Part shown: in pieces, positions 52,560-56,001 of the stretch | Layout of the letters: each line of letters starts with the position of its first letter | How positions within the stretch are numbered: position 1 is the first letter of the stretch | IMG/VR virus record: IMGVR_UViG_3300032282_003292 | Span: 1-56,001 of that record | DNA: 56,001 bases | Reading direction: 5' to 3' (one strand) | Origin: a virus | Taxonomy: Duplodnaviria > Caudoviricetes | Notes under the pieces: generated by a model | What the model was told of the DNA's origin: nothing | Seen by the model: the letters and a program-made list of their open reading frames with translations, nothing else | Databases searched by the model: none | Made by a program: the position numbers and the translations under genes

Positions 52560-53419
52560 TTTTCAAATGGCGATTTATTAGTACGAAAAAAATAATCTTG
52601 CATTAAGTCATTCAATTTATGTTTAGAAAAATAATCTAATGGTAGTTTTTTCTCACCTATATTTATAGAACTATATTCTTCTAGTATTTTATTTTCTATC
52701 TCTTCTGGTATGCAATCAAAATCAATTAAAACTTTATTTCTACAATAATTTCTATATTGTTCTTCCGTTTCACAAAATTTAGAAGGCTCTGTCTCCAACC
52801 ATTTGGAAATTTTTTTCTGGCTTATGGGCTTTTGTCTTTCTCCAGAAACAAATACATCATCTTTAGATAAAATATTTGGTATCCCATCTGATTTATCGCC
52901 CCTTATTATATGTTCTTTTATAAACATATAAGGATCATCAGAAAAAATATAAGATTTGGTAGCTGGATTATATTGTTTTACTCCAGGATATTTTTGTAAC
53001 TGAATAAAATCTTTATCTCCCGAAAGAATCAATATTTTTTCTTTAGATTTATTTTTACACAAAACAGAAACAACATCATCTGCTTCTGCTCCATCTACTT
53101 CGACAACTTTATATGGAAAATATAATTTTATTTCATCTCTTATTTTATTTAATAATTCAAATATAGATTTCCAATCGTGAGAAGATTTTTCTCGATCTTT
53201 TTTTCTATTTTGTTTATAAAAACTAAAATGAATTTTTCTCCAATAATGTTTAGAATCATATGCTAAAACAACTTCACCATATTCAGATTCAAATTGTTTT
53301 TCATATGCTCTTAAACTAGAGAGTACCATATGACGAACAAGATCTTCGTCCATTTCTTTATTTTTTATCTGCATCATCAGATTTGATATCATAATCTGAT
53401 TCATATCAATAATAATCAT
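52556..53419 (-). CDS. rnh: T4-type RNase H / 5'-3' exonuclease
   Basis: IIID.NQ, D...YWR......YK..R, EADD, S.DKDF.QL, GD..DG.PN. Confidence 0.92.
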   Translation of the reverse strand: MIIIDMNQIMISNLMMQIKNKEMDEDLVRHMVLSSLRAYEKQFESEYGEVVLAYDSKHYWRKIHFSFYKQNRKKDREKSSHDWKSIFELLNKIRDEIKLYFPYKVVEVDGAEADDVVSVLCKNKSKEKILILSGDKDFIQLQKYPGVKQYNPATKSYIFSDDPYMFIKEHIIRGDKSDGIPNILSKDDVFVSGERQKPISQKKISKWLETEPSKFCETEEQYRNYCRNKVLIDFDCIPEEIENKILEEYSSINIGEKKLPLDYFSKHKLNDLMQDYFFRTNKSPFEK

Positions 53420-53425
53420 TTAATT

Positions 53426-53656
53426 TTATTCCTCTTCGTCTTCAAATTCATCTTCGTCCACAAATCTAACTGACAAAAGTTCTTCGTTAATCCAAATACC
53501 ATCTTCATCATACATTTCGGGATGAAATTGAACTGTGTTAGGTTTAATCAAATAATTATAAGCAAACTCATTTAATGTCCACCCAATCATAAGTCCTACC
53601 ATCAAACAAAGAATCATAAAAAATGCAGAAAAAAATAATACTACTGAGATAGACAT
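53426..53656 (-). CDS. small membrane protein (HPEM.DE.G motif)
   Basis: N-terminal TM helix; AGGAG RBS. Confidence 0.75.
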   Translation of the reverse strand: MSISVVLFFSAFFMILCLMVGLMIGWTLNEFAYNYLIKPNTVQFHPEMYDEDGIWINEELLSVRFVDEDEFEDEEE

Positions 53657-53671
53657 TTGTTTCTCCTATTA

Positions 53672-53836
53672 CTACAGGTTTTTTTGTCCTTCCCATGTAA
53701 ATTCAAATTTTATAGTATATTTTTTGCTTAGGAAAGAAATTGTTTTTTCTATTAGAAATTGTTTTTTATTAGATTTTTTAATTTCCCTCCTGAGCATTAG
53801 CTCCATACCTCTATTTATTCCAGTTTGTTCATTCAT
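53672..53836 (-). CDS. 54-aa hypothetical protein (MNEQTGINRGMELMLRR...), missing from ORF track
   Basis: Read manually; overlaps glutaredoxin stop and fills gap. Confidence 0.65.
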   Translation of the reverse strand: MNEQTGINRGMELMLRREIKKSNKKQFLIEKTISFLSKKYTIKFEFTWEGQKNL

Positions 53837-54083
53837 TTTTTTTAGACGAAACTAATTTTTTTTCTACAAATAATTTTACTACATCGACTAATCCACCCAC
53901 AGGATTCCCATCTATTATAGTATAAGGAAACCCTGTGGCATTAGGGTACATAGAAGAAAATTCATTTCTACTAATATCTTTTCCGACATGAACTGTTTTG
54001 TATTGAACATTTGCCCTATGCATAAGTTCTTCAATTTTTACACAGTATGAACATCCAGATACTTTATAAATTATTATTTCCAT
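53829..54083 (-). CDS. glutaredoxin (NrdC-like)
   Basis: GCSYC active site, FP...DG..VGG. Confidence 0.9.
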   Translation of the reverse strand: MEIIIYKVSGCSYCVKIEELMHRANVQYKTVHVGKDISRNEFSSMYPNATGFPYTIIDGNPVGGLVDVVKLFVEKKLVSSKKNE

Positions 54084-54084
54084 T

Positions 54085-54759
54085 TTAATTAAAATCCTTC
54101 AATTCTCCTTTGTAGTAAACATACCAATCAATTCCTTTACCAATCGTATCTCCATCGCAATATATATCCTCTCCATCATATTCAATTCCAGATACAATAG
54201 TCCAACATTCGGCAACTTCATTAAGAGTTACAACCAGTTTAGATGAATCGAATTCTTCGTCGTCAGGCAATTCCAACTCACCAATATAACTACCACGTTC
54301 ATAAGAATTATAAAAAATCCAAACACCTTCTGTATTATCCATTTCATAATGAATTCTAGCAAAAGGTCCTTTATATTCTTCATCTTCTGGAAGACCTTCT
54401 TCAATATCTTCTTTTGTATAATATGGAAGTTCTGTAATTGATTTCATCCAAATTTGATTTTCTTCGTCATCTGCTAAACAAACCCCGATGTTTTGATCTG
54501 CTGAATCTGGACCCCAACAAATGCATCCATCAGTAATAGTATCCCACGTAGGAAAATCTCTTTCTGAATCATCCCAATCGCGGTTTATTTCTTCAGATAA
54601 AATATCTGCATCAAATTCAATATCTCCATTTTCATCAAAAGAAAAGTATTTTTCTATTTGTTCTTTATGTAGTTGAACAGCACCCAATTCATTGAAATAA
54701 GTTCTGTGCCATGGGCTATCGCCACAGCTAATCCAAACTTTATATTTTGTCATATTCAA
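54085..54759 (-). CDS. acidic hypothetical protein
   Basis: 224-aa ORF behind promoter 54779-54807. Confidence 0.75.
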   Translation of the reverse strand: MNMTKYKVWISCGDSPWHRTYFNELGAVQLHKEQIEKYFSFDENGDIEFDADILSEEINRDWDDSERDFPTWDTITDGCICWGPDSADQNIGVCLADDEENQIWMKSITELPYYTKEDIEEGLPEDEEYKGPFARIHYEMDNTEGVWIFYNSYERGSYIGELELPDDEEFDSSKLVVTLNEVAECWTIVSGIEYDGEDIYCDGDTIGKGIDWYVYYKGELKDFN

Positions 54760-54760
54760 T

Positions 54761-54807
54761 AAAAAAAATCACCTACGTATTGTAGGTGATTTTAAGAGAT
54801 TTGTCAA
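54761..54807 (-). terminator. terminator AAAATCACCTAC/GTAGGTGATTTTTTTT overlapping a TTGACA-17-TACAAT promoter
   Basis: 12-bp hairpin with U8; -35 at 54802-54807, -10 at 54779-54784. Confidence 0.7.
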
Positions 54808-54943
54808 GTACTTTGGGCGATGGTAAGAAATCTGATTTCAAATATTTTGATGGTGGTTTAAAATCTTTAAAAGGTCTATAAAGATTTGGCCAAGTGTCTC
54901 GAATAATTTCATCTAATTTGTACGGTGTTTTTTCATCAATCAT
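54773..54943 (-). CDS. 56-aa hypothetical protein (MIDEKTPYKLDEIIRDTWPNLYR...), missing from ORF track
   Basis: Read manually; TPYKL.EI.RDTWP motif recurrent in cyanophages. Confidence 0.65.
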   Translation of the reverse strand: MIDEKTPYKLDEIIRDTWPNLYRPFKDFKPPSKYLKSDFLPSPKVLDKSLKITYNT

Positions 54944-54944
54944 T

Positions 54945-55313
54945 TCAATTAATTTTTCTTCTTGGAGGATATCGATATAAATTAGATGGAGCTTCTGGTT
55001 TCATCCAGTTTTTAATTTTTTTACAATTCTCTTCAGAAAAAAACTCTTGATTATAATACCATTCCTCCCAAGGAGTATGTCCCTTAGATTGATTACATGA
55101 ATGGCAACATGCCACCACATTGGTTTTGATATCTAAACCACCTTTACACTGAGGAAGGATATGGTCTAGTGTAATATTTTCTTCTGATCTACAATAAGCA
55201 CATTCGTTGTTCCAAGCATCTTTTATATTTCGTCTCCACAATCGTTTTGCTTCACTTTTAGATGTTGTATGAAGGTTAAACACGTAATCCTTAGGCGAAT
55301 GTAAGGGAACCAT
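54945..55313 (-). CDS. HNH endonuclease (McrA-like, free-standing)
   Basis: CAYC...TLDH..P..KGG....N.V.CC..CN.SKG; ATAAATA at 55334-55340. Confidence 0.92.
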   Translation of the reverse strand: MVPLHSPKDYVFNLHTTSKSEAKRLWRRNIKDAWNNECAYCRSEENITLDHILPQCKGGLDIKTNVVACCHSCNQSKGHTPWEEWYYNQEFFSEENCKKIKNWMKPEAPSNLYRYPPRRKIN

Positions 55314-55341
55314 AAGTGCTTGCGACTTATTGATATTTATT

Positions 55342-55407
55342 TCACAATAGAGACATTAGAAAGAGGAACACTCCGAAGAGTTGGAAGAACAGGAGGATGA
55401 GGAGCAT
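55342..55407 (-). CDS. possible 21-aa single-TM micropeptide MLLILLFFQLFGVFLFLMSLL
   Basis: ATG..TGA exactly filling psbA-HNH spacer; no clear RBS. Confidence 0.4.
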   Translation of the reverse strand: MLLILLFFQLFGVFLFLMSLL

Positions 55408-55434
55408 AAAAAAAGGAGTCCTTTTAGAACTCCT
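55408..55434 (-). terminator. psbA terminator AGGAGTTC/GGACTCCT-T tract
   Basis: Hairpin plus U8 about 25 nt after psbA stop. Confidence 0.75.
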
Positions 55435-55456
55435 CTATTTATTTTTGGGTTTTATA

Positions 55457-56001
55457 TCAACCGATAGAAGGTGCAGTCAAAGCAACTTGAGTTGTTTCAG
55501 CAGCAGCAAGATCTAGGGGAAAGTTGTGGGCATTACGTTCGTGCATAACTTCGAATCCCAACCCAGCAGAATTTAAAATATCTGCCCAAGTTTTGATAAC
55601 GTGATTTTGATTATCCAGAATACTCTGGTTAAAATTCAGTCCGTTGAGATTAAAAGCCATAGTGCTCACACCGAGAGCAGCAAACCAGATGCCTACAACA
55701 GGCCAGGCAGCAAGGAAGAAGTGAAGTGAACGTGAGTTATTAAAGGACGCATATTGGAAAATAAGACGACCAAAATACCCGTGAGCCGCAATTATGTTAT
55801 ATGTTTCCTCCTCTTGTCCGAACTTATAACCATAATTCTGTGACTCAGTTTCTGTTGTTTCACGAACGAGTGATGAAGTAACCAAAGAACCATGCATCGC
55901 AGAGAACAATGAACCACCGAAGACACCAGCAACTCCAAGCATGTGGAAGGGGTGCATCAGAATGTTATGTTCTGCTTGGAAGACAAGCATATAGTTAAAA
56001 G
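55457..56001 (-). CDS. psbA: photosystem II D1 protein, 5'-truncated
   Basis: [16 protein letters not shown]...[29 protein letters not shown]...[13 protein letters not shown]. Confidence 0.99.
   Translation of the reverse strand, partial: FNYMLVFQAEHNILMHPFHMLGVAGVFGGSLFSAMHGSLVTSSLVRETTETESQNYGYKFGQEEETYNIIAAHGYFGRLIFQYASFNNSRSLHFFLAAWPVVGIWFAALGVSTMAFNLNGLNFNQSILDNQNHVIKTWADILNSAGLGFEVMHERNAHNFPLDLAAAETTQVALTAPSIG

Noticed and set aside
55457-56001. Group I intron in psbA
   Set aside because: The visible portion is an uninterrupted D1 reading frame.

Overview
AT-rich 56-kb segment of a T4-like cyanomyovirus (cyanophage; the tRNA-rich, psbA-carrying type), almost entirely on the - strand. 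From right to left in transcription order: 3' part of psbA followed by a free-standing HNH endonuclease gene; a core/AMG block (glutaredoxin, RNase H, speD, thyX, phoH, exonuclease, gp33, gp32) containing an NtcA-box/tandem glutamine-riboswitch/micro-peptide unit; the baseplate/tail module (gp53, gp48, gp2, gp4 on +; gp54, gp26/gp51 with a probable -1 frameshift, two gp29/tape-measure-like muralytic proteins, hub, split gp5); a tRNA/ncRNA island with cpeT and a TauE/SafE permease; four tail-fibre/virion proteins; a chaperone plus three 2OG-Fe(II) oxygenases; an SF2 helicase; and a run of small early hypothetical genes. Most notable: a Hanks-type protein-kinase domain fused to a virion-associated M23/amidase tape-measure-like protein, a nitrogen-sensing regulatory unit controlling an unannotated 26-aa peptide, PEBP (YbhB/YbcL)-like domains inserted in two tail proteins, and a tRNA-like RNA with a truncated anticodon arm inside a chain of unassigned structured RNAs. 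All family calls are from motif recognition by eye, not database searches.
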